From: Acaryochloris marina MBIC11017
Lineage (GTDB): Bacteria; Cyanobacteriota; Cyanobacteriia; Thermosynechococcales; Thermosynechococcaceae
Direction of reading: 5' to 3'
Assembly: GCF_000018105.1 (NCBI RefSeq)
Contig: NC_009925.1
Span: 6,300,001-6,332,000, forward strand
DNA length: 32,000 nucleotides
Shown: positions 1 to 8,902 of the stretch, in pieces
Layout: the number at the start of each line of letters is the position of its first letter
How positions within the stretch are numbered: the first letter of the stretch is position 1
Position numbers and translations under genes: made by a program
Notes under the pieces: model-generated
What the model saw: only the letters and a program-made list of their open reading frames with translations
The model's database searches: none
What the model was told of the DNA's origin: nothing

Positions 1-1
1 G

Positions 2-184
2 AAGGGGAAATGCGCTCAGTGCGGCATGTTCTTCCGAGAAGAAGATTTACTTGAAGTGGATCACATTCTCCCTACATCAATGGGAGGATTGGACGTATAC
101 AAGAATCTTCAACTACTACACAGACATTGTCATTATGTTAAAACGGCCAAGGAGAAGTCCTCTCAGGCCAAATGGTATGTATGA
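2..184 (+). CDS. Group II intron reverse transcriptase/maturase, C-terminal HNH endonuclease domain (5'-truncated by the window edge)
   Basis: Frame-2 translation is KGKCAQCGMFFREEDLLEVDHILPTSMGGLDVYKNLQLLHRHCHYVKTAKEKSSQAKWYV*. It shows the CxxC...DHIxP...HxxCH pattern typical of the En domain of intron-encoded proteins, and intron domain V follows directly. Confidence 0.85.
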   Translation, partial: KGKCAQCGMFFREEDLLEVDHILPTSMGGLDVYKNLQLLHRHCHYVKTAKEKSSQAKWYV

Positions 185-203
185 CAAGCACCAAGCCACT
201 GAG

Positions 204-237
204 GAGCCGTGTAAATCGAAAGATTTACGCACGGTTT
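204..237 (+). ncRNA. Group II intron domain V (catalytic hairpin)
   Basis: The sequence GAGCCGTGTAAATC GAAA GATTTACGCACGGTTT has an AGC catalytic triad near the 5' base, a GAAA tetraloop, and is about 34 nt long. Confidence 0.85.
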
Positions 238-278
238 TGAAGCCAAGTCGGAGGAGTGATCCTCCGGCTTAGGTTAAC

Positions 279-1097
279 CATGTCGAGAAAAAATCCGTGT
301 GTATCTACTCGCAACTGAAGAAGTGTTCTTCCTCGGAGGTGGCCTTTATGGTGAAGGGCGTACTTCGCCACTGTACGCAAATGTCCGTGAATAAAAGCTA
401 TGTGGATACCCATGGCCAAAGCGAGGTGGGGTTTGCCTTTTGCTATTTGCTGAACTTTCAGCTGATGCCCCGCTTCAAGGGCATCAACAAGCAGAAGCTC
501 TATTTACCGATGTCCGGGCAGAAGAAGAAGTATGTCTATCTCAAGGCGATTGTGAAGCGCCCCATGCGTTGGGATCTGGTGCGGGAGCAATATGAGCCAA
601 TGATCCAGTTCACCACCGCAATGAAGCAAGGGACCGCCGAACCTGAAGCGATTCTGAGTCGGTTCACTCGCAACAACATTAAGCACCCCACCTATCTTGC
701 TTTGGCTGAATTAGGCCGAGCTATCAAGACCATTTTCCTGTGCCAGTATTTGCACGATGAAGCCTTACGGCAAGAGATCAATGAAGGTTTGAATGTGATT
801 GAAAATTGGAATAGTGCCAATGACTTCATCTTCTATGGCAAGAATGGTGACTTTGCCAGTAATCAAACGGCGATGCAAGAGCTGTCCATGCTTTGCCTGC
901 ACCTACTGCAAATCAGCCTGGTTTACATCAATACTCTAATGATTCAAAAAGTACTTTCTGAACCCACGTGGATGAATCGTATGCAGGAAGAAGATTTGAG
1001 GGCGTTAACGCCGTTGTTTTACCTTCATATCAATCCTTATGGACGTTTCCGCCTCAACATGAATGAGCGTCTGGTGATTGAAAACTTGGCTGCGTAG
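279..1097 (+). CDS. tnpA: Tn3-family transposase, C-terminal part (3' exon; gene interrupted by the group II intron)
   Basis: The translation carries Tn3 DDE-domain hallmarks (SSEVAFMVKGVLRHCTQ...YVDTHGQSEVGFAFCYLLNFQLMPRFKGINKQKLY...RNNIKHPTYLALAELGRAIKTIF...NGDFASN). The frame is open from 273 and the intron 3' end is at 278. Confidence 0.9.
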   Translation, partial: HVEKKSVCIYSQLKKCSSSEVAFMVKGVLRHCTQMSVNKSYVDTHGQSEVGFAFCYLLNFQLMPRFKGINKQKLYLPMSGQKKKYVYLKAIVKRPMRWDLVREQYEPMIQFTTAMKQGTAEPEAILSRFTRNNIKHPTYLALAELGRAIKTIFLCQYLHDEALRQEINEGLNVIENWNSANDFIFYGKNGDFASNQTAMQELSMLCLHLLQISLVYINTLMIQKVLSEPTWMNRMQEEDLRALTPLFYLHINPYGRFRLNMNERLVIENLAA

Positions 1098-1244
1098 GGA
1101 GTAGCTGTAATGAGGTTGCTGAGTTGGGGCCCATCTCCACAAGGCAACCTTTGCTCCAATATCGAGTAGTACAGCGACAAAAAATACTTAAGCAAAACTT
1201 ATTGATTAGCGGTAAATTTGCCCTGTTTTGAGGGGTGATTTGGT

Positions 1245-1493
1245 TTGATTGCCCCTGGTGTCAGCAACCCTTCAATTGGGCCTAGTAGCGAAGACAAATT
1301 GGAAGCATTAAAACAAGTCAAAGAACTTGCAAAAGCAAGCCAGAATTCAGATGAAGGTACTATGAAAAAATTAGCTAAAAGAGCAATGACAATGCTTAGA
1401 GGAATTCTTTCAAGCCTATCTGACGGAGTAAAGTTGGTTCAAGAGTGTAAAAACCTATTACCAGTAATTGCTTCTCTTCTAGGCATAAGTTAG
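1245..1493 (+). CDS. Hypothetical small protein or gene remnant; start uncertain (TTG at 1245, first ATG near 1363)
   Basis: This is an ORF only, AT-rich, with no recognisable motif. It lies just downstream of the Tn3 transposase gene. Confidence 0.25.
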   Translation: MIAPGVSNPSIGPSSEDKLEALKQVKELAKASQNSDEGTMKKLAKRAMTMLRGILSSLSDGVKLVQECKNLLPVIASLLGIS

Positions 1494-2254
1494 ACAAGAG
1501 TCATTAGCTTTAGCGACCTTTTCATCCCATTGATAGATAAATGCCATTCAGCCAAGTTTGTCTCACTATGTCTGCATCCTAGTTTATTCTCTAAACAAAG
1601 GCTTTGGTTATCATAGCTGAACGAAGAAAGATTTCCCATAACCTTCATTGTCGTTGGAACGCACCTGCATTAATAAACCCCGGACAGGGGGAGACCTTCC
1701 GGGGCAAGAGACTTTCTCGCTGTTAAAGCGATAGCTTACCTCTGGCTATAGCTTGCCAAACCAACGTAAAGAAGCTGTAAAAACATCACAATCTGGTCGA
1801 GTTTTGTGTCCACTCGATGACCTATTACGAGTGCTTCAGAGTGATAGTCTTACCCCAACTACCTCCACACTATCCCTGAAGGGTTTGATTGGTACACAGA
1901 AAAGTGCTTGGCGAGATGCAGCCCTTAGCATCAAGACCCATGTGGGAGCTATGGAGCAGCAAGCTACGTAACCTTTCCCAAAATTCTCCTCCGATCCTCC
2001 CCTGGGTTGGAGGGGATTCATTTTTTGTGTGTATTCCTGAATTAAAGGCCATATTCTTAGATGATATCTACATCAACGTCAGGATTTTAGATGCAGAGAC
2101 GGTCAAGAATTTAGAACGTGTTGAAGAGTTAGAGCAATTATACAGAGAAGCCAATTAAAGAGGACTTGGGAGAAGAGTGCCTGCTATACAAAATGGTATG
2201 GCGGTTAACCGTCCGAAACAGCGATCCATTCGTCTTGTATTTGTAACGTAGGGA

Positions 2255-2671
2255 ATGTTCGTTTTGAAAGAAATTACACGCATTAATCATGTTGGTCTTC
2301 GAGTCAGAGATCTATCCATTTCCCAAGCCTTTTACGCAAAATTGGGATTCGAGTTTATTGCAGGGCCAATCGGGCCAGAACCTGTGGCCATTATGGAGCA
2401 TCCGTCTGGCGTGAATATCAATTTCATCCTCAATACCTCTGACAATGCTGTGTCAGACAATATATTGATGGATCACCCAGAAAAGCATGCCGGGTTCACC
2501 CATATCGCTTTGGAAATTACTGATCCAGATCAAGTCGAGCAGCACCTCGAAAGCCTGGGAATTAGAATAACGGAGCGAGTTGAATTTGGCGGAGCAAGAT
2601 TCTTCTTTATCCGCGACCCAGACGGCAATGTACTGGAATTTCACAAACCAGCTTCCCAGAATGAATCGTGA
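2255..2671 (+). CDS. VOC family protein (glyoxalase / bleomycin-resistance / dioxygenase fold)
   Basis: INHVGLRVRDLSISQAFYAKLGFEF...HIALEITDPDQVEQHLESLGIRI...FFFIRDPDGNVLEFH is the classic paired beta-alpha-beta-beta-beta VOC pattern. Length is 138 aa. Confidence 0.85.
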   Translation: MFVLKEITRINHVGLRVRDLSISQAFYAKLGFEFIAGPIGPEPVAIMEHPSGVNINFILNTSDNAVSDNILMDHPEKHAGFTHIALEITDPDQVEQHLESLGIRITERVEFGGARFFFIRDPDGNVLEFHKPASQNES

Positions 2672-2740
2672 GTCAAATCCTCATAACAAGAAAAGACTGA
2701 GAACCGTCGCAAAAATGTAGGGTGTTAAGGGCGTTACTCC

Positions 2741-3628
2741 CTAGCCTGCTCGATAAACTTTCGGTGTCATCCCCGTCATCTGCCGAAATTTTCGGCCAAA
2801 CTGGCTGTGGCTATTAAAGCCACACTCCAAAGCGATCTCCACAATAGGTTGATTGGTACGTTTCAGTAGTGTCTTAGCCCGTTCCACTCGTTGCAGCATC
2901 AGATATTGATAGGGAGATCGCCCCAGGGATTGCTTGAATAACCGACCAAAATGAAACTGGCTGATATCCACTAACACTGCCAAGTCAGCCAGGGTGATTT
3001 CATTTCCCAAATGGGCGTCGATATAGTCTAGAACCTTTAAAAGTTGACGTTGAGGGAGTCCACCTTCGTAGGTCGGCAGCTCAGGTCGATTGGTCACGTG
3101 ATGCCGTAGCAAATGGACGGCTAACACATTGGCCAACGAGTCAACATATAAGTTGCTGCCCAATGATCCACCCTGGAGTTCGGCCAAGAGCATTGTAGCG
3201 ATCGCCTCAATTTGAGGATCACGAGCCTGGAATGCGGAGATAAGTTCAATGCGATCGCCATTCTGCCCCAGGGCCTCCTCCGCCACTTGGCGCAAAAAAG
3301 CATCTTGAAGCCGCATTTGCACAATATGAACATCTCCATTTGCCTGGGTTGTCAACCTCGTGTCTGCTGGGGTAATCAGCAAATCACCCTTGCTATAGAG
3401 TCCGGTATGTATAAGCCCCTCTTGACGATGAACAAATTTAAACGGACGCGGCGATAGGAACAGTCCAAGGGTATGTTCGTTCGGATAACTCCACGCATCC
3501 GCGCTCGCGTCATTGCGGCAGACATGGCGAGCATGCCGAATCGCTAACGGCCCCCATTGTTGGGTTATATGCCATTCAGCTTGTGCAGACTTTTCCGATA
3601 AGAAACACGGGGTTTGAGACATGGGCAT
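2741..3628 (-). CDS. AraC family transcriptional regulator
   Basis: The C-terminal double HTH reads ITLADLAVLVDISQFHFGRLFKQSLGRSPYQYLMLQRVERAKTLLKRTNQPIVEIALECGFNSHSQFGRKFRQMTGMTPKVYR. The N-terminal part looks like a ligand-binding domain. Two HIP1 sites lie within the gene. Confidence 0.9.
   Translation of the reverse strand: MPMSQTPCFLSEKSAQAEWHITQQWGPLAIRHARHVCRNDASADAWSYPNEHTLGLFLSPRPFKFVHRQEGLIHTGLYSKGDLLITPADTRLTTQANGDVHIVQMRLQDAFLRQVAEEALGQNGDRIELISAFQARDPQIEAIATMLLAELQGGSLGSNLYVDSLANVLAVHLLRHHVTNRPELPTYEGGLPQRQLLKVLDYIDAHLGNEITLADLAVLVDISQFHFGRLFKQSLGRSPYQYLMLQRVERAKTLLKRTNQPIVEIALECGFNSHSQFGRKFRQMTGMTPKVYRAG
3198..3258. repeat. Two HIP1 palindromes (GCGATCGC) at 3198..3205 and 3251..3258
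   Basis: These are exact octamers read in the sequence. HIP1 is a hallmark of many cyanobacterial genomes. I noticed none in the 17-31 kb block, but I did not scan exhaustively. Confidence 0.7.
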
Positions 3629-3821
3629 CTACAGCGATACGTTACCAACCTGGCATTGTGAACAAACTGACAGCGCTCCTGCTCTGAGGCATATCACCTA
3701 AGTCTAGCGTCCTGAAAAAACTCAATAGCAAGAATGTGCCAAGTTAGCGGGAATTAGATAGCTGAGCAACCATACTTCCCCTAAATTAAGGGCAAATAGA
3801 CGAGTTCACGATTCAGACAGC
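3629..3821. promoter_or_regulatory. Divergent intergenic region between the AraC regulator and the membrane-protein/oxidoreductase pair
   Basis: The call rests on position only: 193 bp between divergently oriented genes. No operator was identified. Confidence 0.3.
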
Positions 3822-4253
3822 ATGATGAAGTCAAGCCTTAGAAACACAGATTCAGAACGCAAGTCTTTACTCTCAACATTGTGGATATTTATTCTTGTAA
3901 ACATGGTCAATGCCGACATTTTGGGAATGTTGCGACCTGGATACTTAGACTTTTTAGACCGGATAAGTCAGCAACTCACAGGAAGTACGGTGCTGTTGTT
4001 TGCGGTATTCATGGAGGTCGCAATCTCCATGGTTCTCCTTTCTCGTGTCTTAGCTTACAAAGCCAATCGGTGGGCGCACTTCATCGCCATTCCGCTCACG
4101 ATCCTGTGGGTTGTTGTACCTGCCCTCCTGCCGTCCTTGGGAGAGACGACCCCACTGTCCTACGTATTTTTCGCTTCGGTAGAAGTGGTAACGATGGTAT
4201 TCATGTTCTGGTACGTGTGGCAATGGCCCCAGCCAGAGAGAAGATATAACTAG
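3822..4253 (+). CDS. Small integral membrane protein (about 4 TM segments; resembles DUF6326-type proteins)
   Basis: Hydrophobic segments are LLSTLWIFILVNMV, VLLFAVFMEVAISMVLL, HFIAIPLTILWVVVPALL and VFFASVEVVTMVFMFWYV. The gene is divergent from the AraC gene and lies upstream of the oxidoreductase. Confidence 0.65.
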   Translation: MMKSSLRNTDSERKSLLSTLWIFILVNMVNADILGMLRPGYLDFLDRISQQLTGSTVLLFAVFMEVAISMVLLSRVLAYKANRWAHFIAIPLTILWVVVPALLPSLGETTPLSYVFFASVEVVTMVFMFWYVWQWPQPERRYN

Positions 4254-4329
4254 CTCTAGTAGAATCAATCACCTTTGACAGCCATATTCCTCTGAAATTT
4301 TTCATTTTCTACTGGAAGAGAGAGGCATC

Positions 4330-5304
4330 ATGAAAGCAATTGTCTTATCTAACTATGGATCTCCAGATCAGCTTGAGCTGAAAGACATTGAAAAGCCCAT
4401 ACCCAAGGATGGTGAGGTCTTAGTCAAAGTCCACGCCACCACGATCAACGACTGGGATTGGTGTCTTGTCAGAGGCAGCCCCTTTTACATTCGGTTGTTC
4501 TGTGGCTGGCGAAAACCTAACATCCGAGTCCCCGGTGTAGAGATGGCCGGACAGGTCGAGACTGTGGGTCAAAACGTTATCGAGTTTCAACCGGGTGATA
4601 CCGTCTATAGCGATATTTCCGAGAGTGGGTTTGGTGGCTTTGCGGAGTACGTATGTGTGCCGGAGACTGCCCTGGCTCCAATGCCCGAGGGCATGACTTT
4701 TACTGAGGCAGCAGCGATTCCCCATGCCGCAATGTTGGCAATCCAAGGGTTAATTGATGCCGGACAGTTGCAGCCAGGTCAAAGACTCCTGATCAACGGG
4801 GCGGGTGGTGGTGTGGGGACCTTGGGAGTGCAAATTGCCAATGCAGTTGGAGTTCAAGATGTAACTGGCATCGATCGTGCCAGCAAATTTACCCTGATGC
4901 GCTCAGTTGGGTTTACTCACACCATCGATTACACCCAAACTGATTTCACGACAGGTCAAGAGCGGTATGACGTGATTTTGGATACCAAGACAAATCGTTC
5001 CCCGTTCAAATATCTATCAGTACTTAATCCTGGGGGCACTTATGTGACCGTTGGCGGTTTAACGCCACGACTATTCCAGGTGCTGTTGTTCGGGCCAATG
5101 ATCCGCTGGTTGACCCAGAAGAGTGTGCGTTTGGTTAGTCTTCGACCGAATAAAGATTTGGCCTATGTAAACGAGCTTTGGGCAGCAGGGCAATTGAAAC
5201 CAGCGATTGATGGTCCCTATTCTATGAATGAGGTTCCAAGGCTTATTCAGTATTTTGGTACAGGTCAGCATCAAGGCAAGGTCGTTGTGACCCATGAATC
5301 CTGA
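4330..5304 (+). CDS. NAD(P)-dependent medium-chain dehydrogenase/reductase (quinone-oxidoreductase / zinc-type alcohol dehydrogenase family)
   Basis: It has a GroES-like N-terminus (GEVLVKVHATTINDWD), the Rossmann motif LINGAGGGVGTLGVQIA and the C-terminal GKVVV motif. Length is 324 aa. Confidence 0.9.
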   Translation: MKAIVLSNYGSPDQLELKDIEKPIPKDGEVLVKVHATTINDWDWCLVRGSPFYIRLFCGWRKPNIRVPGVEMAGQVETVGQNVIEFQPGDTVYSDISESGFGGFAEYVCVPETALAPMPEGMTFTEAAAIPHAAMLAIQGLIDAGQLQPGQRLLINGAGGGVGTLGVQIANAVGVQDVTGIDRASKFTLMRSVGFTHTIDYTQTDFTTGQERYDVILDTKTNRSPFKYLSVLNPGGTYVTVGGLTPRLFQVLLFGPMIRWLTQKSVRLVSLRPNKDLAYVNELWAAGQLKPAIDGPYSMNEVPRLIQYFGTGQHQGKVVVTHES

Positions 5305-5610
5305 ACTAATCAAGTCATTATTTTGGTAGAGCTGGAGGCAAAGGCAACCGATCGTTTGCTAGAACAGACTTCTCCCTCTCATCTCCTCGTCCCAGCTCTG
5401 TAACCACATAGGCCGTTTCTCCTCCATATCACTCTGTCGTTCTCGGCCTCGGTCGATAAACCTTGCCATCAATCCTCCCCAGCTCACACAAAACATCATT
5501 GAGATCGCACACAACCCCCAAGCCCATGTTCCTCCCAATGAAATAACCTCCGATCAACCCAACGACAAGGCAGCAACCCATCAGAGTCACCCCCTGCCAT
5601 CGGTCCCGGT

Positions 5611-6195
5611 TCAGTCTGAGCTTGAGTCTTTCGGTTCGTGAGAGCGTCGTGCATTCTCCACGACTTGATTGAGGATGTCGTCTACCTGCTGCTCCGTGAC
5701 GAGCGGTTCGGGCTGGTAGTCGTTTCCCAACTTCCCCAGGCCATCGTTTAGCCCCCGGTAGAATGCCCCATCCACGACCTTGGCCGCTAGTTCCTGGTTA
5801 TGTTGGATCCTCCCTTCCATCCCTTGAGCAATTTGCAAGCCCGCATCATAGGACCGTTGGGCGGGGATTGATAGGTTGTGTGCTGGATTGTTGCCCGTAT
5901 GGTTACCTGCATCGGTGCCTGCATGGTTACCCACATTGTTACCTGCAACCATATCGCCGTGCTGCACGGAAGTTAATGCGGAACTCTCTTGTTCAAAAGC
6001 TGCATTCACACTCTCTTTGCGCTCCTCCCAAGCCTGGTTGAGTGCATCGTAGTCTTTGATTTCGCCACTATCGACCCAACTTCGGACAACACCGATGGAG
6101 TATGCGGTCTGTTGCTTGAACTTTGTCCCATTCGGTTTTAGCCCCATTGCCTTAAGGGTGTTTGCTAGTTCCTCCTCTGAATTATTAGACGACAA
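5611..6195 (-). CDS. Hypothetical protein with a low-complexity G/N/H-rich centre; start uncertain (TTG at 6195)
   Basis: This is a 194-codon ORF with no recognisable domain. The frame stays open about 100 nt upstream of the TTG without an ATG. Confidence 0.4.
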   Translation of the reverse strand: MSSNNSEEELANTLKAMGLKPNGTKFKQQTAYSIGVVRSWVDSGEIKDYDALNQAWEERKESVNAAFEQESSALTSVQHGDMVAGNNVGNHAGTDAGNHTGNNPAHNLSIPAQRSYDAGLQIAQGMEGRIQHNQELAAKVVDGAFYRGLNDGLGKLGNDYQPEPLVTEQQVDDILNQVVENARRSHEPKDSSSD

Positions 6196-6377
6196 TCGAG
6201 CTGACGGATCAATGACGATGTCACGTCGGCTATAGCTATGAAGAAACCAGGCATCCCCTGAGAAGGATAAAACTAGATCTCAATTCCCTAGAAATGATGT
6301 GTGAGATCGCGTTTCTAGAATTCAATCTCAAGAAAAAAGACACTTTTTACATCCCTAATCAATAGAGGGCTGTACAA

Positions 6378-8114
6378 GTGCCTAACAAAAGAATTGATTC
6401 CTATCATACTCGTGTTTATATGAACGGAAGAGACCTCGGCTTGAAACAAGCTGAAGCAGCTTACATTGCCGAAATATCTACAAGAACCGGACAACGAATT
6501 GAGGCCGGCACCCATCAACCTAATCGCGGCCGCCTTCAGGACCAACGCACCGTTCCCGACCCCTTAGCTGATGTGTGGGAAGACGAGCTAGAACCAATGC
6601 TGCGTCGAGACCCGCGTCTCAAACCCATGACTCTGTATGAGTATCTGCAGGATAAGTATCCAGGCCAGTATCCCCAAGTCCTGCGGACCTTGCAACGTCG
6701 GGTGAGAACGTGGAAAGCCTTGCATGGCCCGAGCCCCGAAGTGATGTTTGAATTGCGTCATGAACCCGGGGTACAAGGGTTCTCCGATTTTACAGAACTC
6801 AAAGGCATCACGATTACCATTGCCGGTCAACCCTTTGAGCACCTGATATACCATTACCGTCTGGGATACAGCGGCTGGCGATATGCCCAGATCATCCAAG
6901 GAGGCGAAAGCTTTGTTGCCCTCTCAGAAGGATTGCAAAATGCCTTTGCAGCCTGTGGAGGTGTCCCCCAACAGCATCGTACTGATAGTTTGAGTGCAGC
7001 CTATCGCAACATGGGCGGCCGCCGGTCCAAAAACCTCACGCGTTTGTACGACGAACTGTGTGACCACTATCGGCTAGAACCCACTCGTAACAACAAAGGT
7101 ATTGCCCATGAGAACGGCTCCATCGAGTCTCCCCATGGCCATCTCAAAAACCGAATTAAGCAGGCGATCTATCTGCGCGGCAGTGCAGATTTTACGAGCG
7201 TTGCTGAGTATCAAGCCTTAATTGATGCACAGGTCGCCAAGTTGAATCAGCAGTGCCAAACCAAGTATGAGCAAGAGAAAGACCATCTACAACCCTTGCC
7301 CAAATATCGAACCCCTGACTATGAAGTGCTCACCGCTAAAGTCAGCAAACGCAGCACCATCGATGTTCGCTGCATTCTATACACCGTCCCTTCTCGACTG
7401 ATTGGTCGTCAATTGGAACTGCATCTCTACCACGACCGGATTGTCGGCTATCTGGAGCGACATCCAGTCGTGGAATTGCCGAGGAAGCGTGTCAGTGGCA
7501 AAGGCAAACGTCGCGACCGTTGCATCAACTATCGCCATGTCATTGGTTCAATGCGATTGAAGCCTCGTGCTTTTATCTATTGCACCTGGCAATCAGACCT
7601 ACTTCCCAATCCTGAATACCGCCAAATCTGGGAACAGCTCAAAGCCCAATTTGACCTGGAGCAGGCTGCCAAGATCATCGTGGAAGCCCTGTATATTGCT
7701 GCGGTTCAAGATAAAGAACAGGCCGTAGCAGTGTACTTACAGCAGCAACTCCAGGCATCCAGTCTCACCCTCAATCGCCTGAAAAAACAGTTTGAGCCGC
7801 CTCAGATGAAGCAGGTTCCTGACCTCAGCATTGAACAACATTCACTTGAACTTTATGACAAACTCCTCCCCTCCTGCTCAGTCCCCGCTGAGCCCCTACC
7901 AGCACCTGAGCCTCTATCTAAAAAAGCTCAGGCTCTCCCACATGTTGACCCATTGGGAATCTATCGAATCCCAAGCTATGCAGGAAAACTGGTCTTATGC
8001 GGAATTCTTACTAGCCTTGTGCGAAACGAAGGCCCAAAGAAGAGAACAAGCTCGGCTAAAACGTGCTCTCACCGAAGCCAGGCTCCCAAACGCAAAAAGT
8101 TTTACCAACTTTGA
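6378..8114 (+). CDS. istA: IS21-family transposase IstA; the start may be the ATG at 6421, and the C-terminal ~85 codons overlap istB and look like read-through
   Basis: It has an N-terminal HTH (GLKQAEAAYIAEISTRTGQRIE), a DDE core (FELRHEPGVQGFSDFT...HRTDSLSAAY...NNKGIAHENGSIESPHGHLKNRI) and the typical C-terminal ...LELYDKLL. Confidence 0.85.
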   Translation: MPNKRIDSYHTRVYMNGRDLGLKQAEAAYIAEISTRTGQRIEAGTHQPNRGRLQDQRTVPDPLADVWEDELEPMLRRDPRLKPMTLYEYLQDKYPGQYPQVLRTLQRRVRTWKALHGPSPEVMFELRHEPGVQGFSDFTELKGITITIAGQPFEHLIYHYRLGYSGWRYAQIIQGGESFVALSEGLQNAFAACGGVPQQHRTDSLSAAYRNMGGRRSKNLTRLYDELCDHYRLEPTRNNKGIAHENGSIESPHGHLKNRIKQAIYLRGSADFTSVAEYQALIDAQVAKLNQQCQTKYEQEKDHLQPLPKYRTPDYEVLTAKVSKRSTIDVRCILYTVPSRLIGRQLELHLYHDRIVGYLERHPVVELPRKRVSGKGKRRDRCINYRHVIGSMRLKPRAFIYCTWQSDLLPNPEYRQIWEQLKAQFDLEQAAKIIVEALYIAAVQDKEQAVAVYLQQQLQASSLTLNRLKKQFEPPQMKQVPDLSIEQHSLELYDKLLPSCSVPAEPLPAPEPLSKKAQALPHVDPLGIYRIPSYAGKLVLCGILTSLVRNEGPKKRTSSAKTCSHRSQAPKRKKFYQL

Positions 8115-8673
8115 CTTTAGCCATTGTCCCCAGCTCAATCCTGCTCCCTTGATGCAATTAGCCGCAGATCCGGGTTGGTTGGAGCGCGCCGAGAACTGCC
8201 TTATTTTGGGACCCTCGGGCGTTGGAAAAACACATCTGGCCACTGGAGTGTCCAAAAAGATGCTGGAATTCGGTAAGCGGGTGAAGTTCTTTGCAGCCAA
8301 CGCATTGGTTCAACACTTGCAACAGGCGAAGCTCCAACTGCAGCTGCATCCAATGCTCAAAAAACTGGACCGCTATGATCTGTTGGTCTTGGATGACTTG
8401 GGCTATTGCAAAAAGTCGGAAGCGGAAACGTCCGTTCTGTTTGAATTAATTGCGCATCGCTATGAACGAAAAAGTTTGTTGATTACAGCGAATCAACCCT
8501 TCAGCCAATGGGATGACATTTTCACTGATTCGATGATGGCGGTGGCTGCCATTGATCGCTTAATTCATCATGGCTTGATTATCAAAATTCAAGCCGATAG
8601 TTATCGGCGCAAATCAGCGACTCAGAGAACGGCTCAAACTCAGTCTCCACCTCAAAAATCCCAGTCCAAATAA
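7855..8673 (+). CDS. istB: IS21-family helper ATPase IstB
   Basis: Walker A is LILGPSGVGKTHLA and Walker B is DLLVLDDLGY. It also has ...LFELIAHRYERKSLLITANQPFSQWDDIF...AAIDRLIHHG. I chose the ATG at 7855 over the TTG at 7831. Confidence 0.9.
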   Translation: MTNSSPPAQSPLSPYQHLSLYLKKLRLSHMLTHWESIESQAMQENWSYAEFLLALCETKAQRREQARLKRALTEARLPNAKSFTNFDFSHCPQLNPAPLMQLAADPGWLERAENCLILGPSGVGKTHLATGVSKKMLEFGKRVKFFAANALVQHLQQAKLQLQLHPMLKKLDRYDLLVLDDLGYCKKSEAETSVLFELIAHRYERKSLLITANQPFSQWDDIFTDSMMAVAAIDRLIHHGLIIKIQADSYRRKSATQRTAQTQSPPQKSQSK

Positions 8674-8686
8674 TCGAGCGATCACT

Positions 8687-8902
8687 GGTTGTCATTTCGA
8701 TCACGGGTTGTCGTTTTGTTCTGAAGGTATCGTATGAGGTCTGAAAAAGAGCTAACGCAAAGGGAGTGTACGCCAAATAATACGGTCCAAATTTGGGGGT
8801 TGATCCGCCTTGTGGTTGTCGCGACATCGCCTATGGGGTTGACATCCAATAGAGGAGCGTTACTTTAAAAACTTTGCGCAATTAGTTGGCCGATTGGTTG
8901 TC
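8687..8902 (+). repeat. Four copies of the GGTTGTC heptamer downstream of istB (8687, 8706, 8814, 8896)
   Basis: The copies were read directly. IS21-family ends usually carry multiple short transposase-binding repeats. The fourth copy lies outside the tentative right end, so the assignment is uncertain. Confidence 0.35.

Larger units (their letters stand above)
1..278 (+). mobile_element. Group II intron, 3' portion (end of intron-encoded protein, domains V and VI); the 5' part lies left of the window
   Basis: Translation of 2..184 ends in an HNH nuclease motif. 204..237 is a canonical domain V hairpin. 241..275 forms a domain VI helix (CGGAGGA/TCCTCCG) with a bulged A at 271, 7 nt before ...AAC at 278. 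The Tn3 transposase frame resumes at 279. Confidence 0.85.
6369..8847 (+). mobile_element. IS21-family insertion sequence (istA-istB); the ends are tentative
   Basis: The istA/istB gene pair is present. A candidate 8-bp direct repeat AATAGAGG (6361..6368 and 8848..8855) lies 2-3 nt outside TGTACAA... (6371) and ...TTGACA (8844). The 2.48-kb size fits the IS21 family. I could not find a convincing long terminal inverted repeat. Confidence 0.45.

Noticed and set aside
1-278. Reverse-transcriptase tail considered as part of a retron or diversity-generating retroelement
   Set aside because: The HNH tail is followed by canonical group II intron domains V and VI and an exon junction. No template/variable repeat pair or msr/msd-like structure was seen.
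1098-1250. Search for the Tn3-family 38-bp terminal inverted repeat downstream of tnpA
   Set aside because: CTTAAG...TTTTGAGGGG (about 1187..1235) ends in GGGG. On this strand and orientation a Tn3-type end should read ...CCCC, so I cannot place the transposon end.
1753-2158. ORFs 1753..1971, 1836..2021(-), 1870..2052(-) and 1889..2158
   Set aside because: They overlap each other, are short and have no domain signal. Only the tail of 1889..2158 (DDIYINVRILD...) faintly resembles the N-terminus of cyanobacterial NACHT/STAND proteins, which is at best a gene remnant.
3881-4249. 122-aa ORF overlapping the membrane-protein gene in another frame
   Set aside because: The frame starting at 3822 gives clean TM segments. 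The alternative frame gives an R/G/C-rich sequence typical of off-frame translation.
5429-5581. 50-codon minus-strand ORF (MGCCLVVGLIGGYFIGRNMGLGVV...) just downstream of 5611..6195
   Set aside because: It has a hydrophobic N-terminus, but it is too short and uncorroborated to call from sequence alone.
8582-8827. 81-aa minus-strand ORF at the IS21 right end
   Set aside because: It overlaps the istB 3' end and the terminal repeat region and has no motif. It is most likely spurious.
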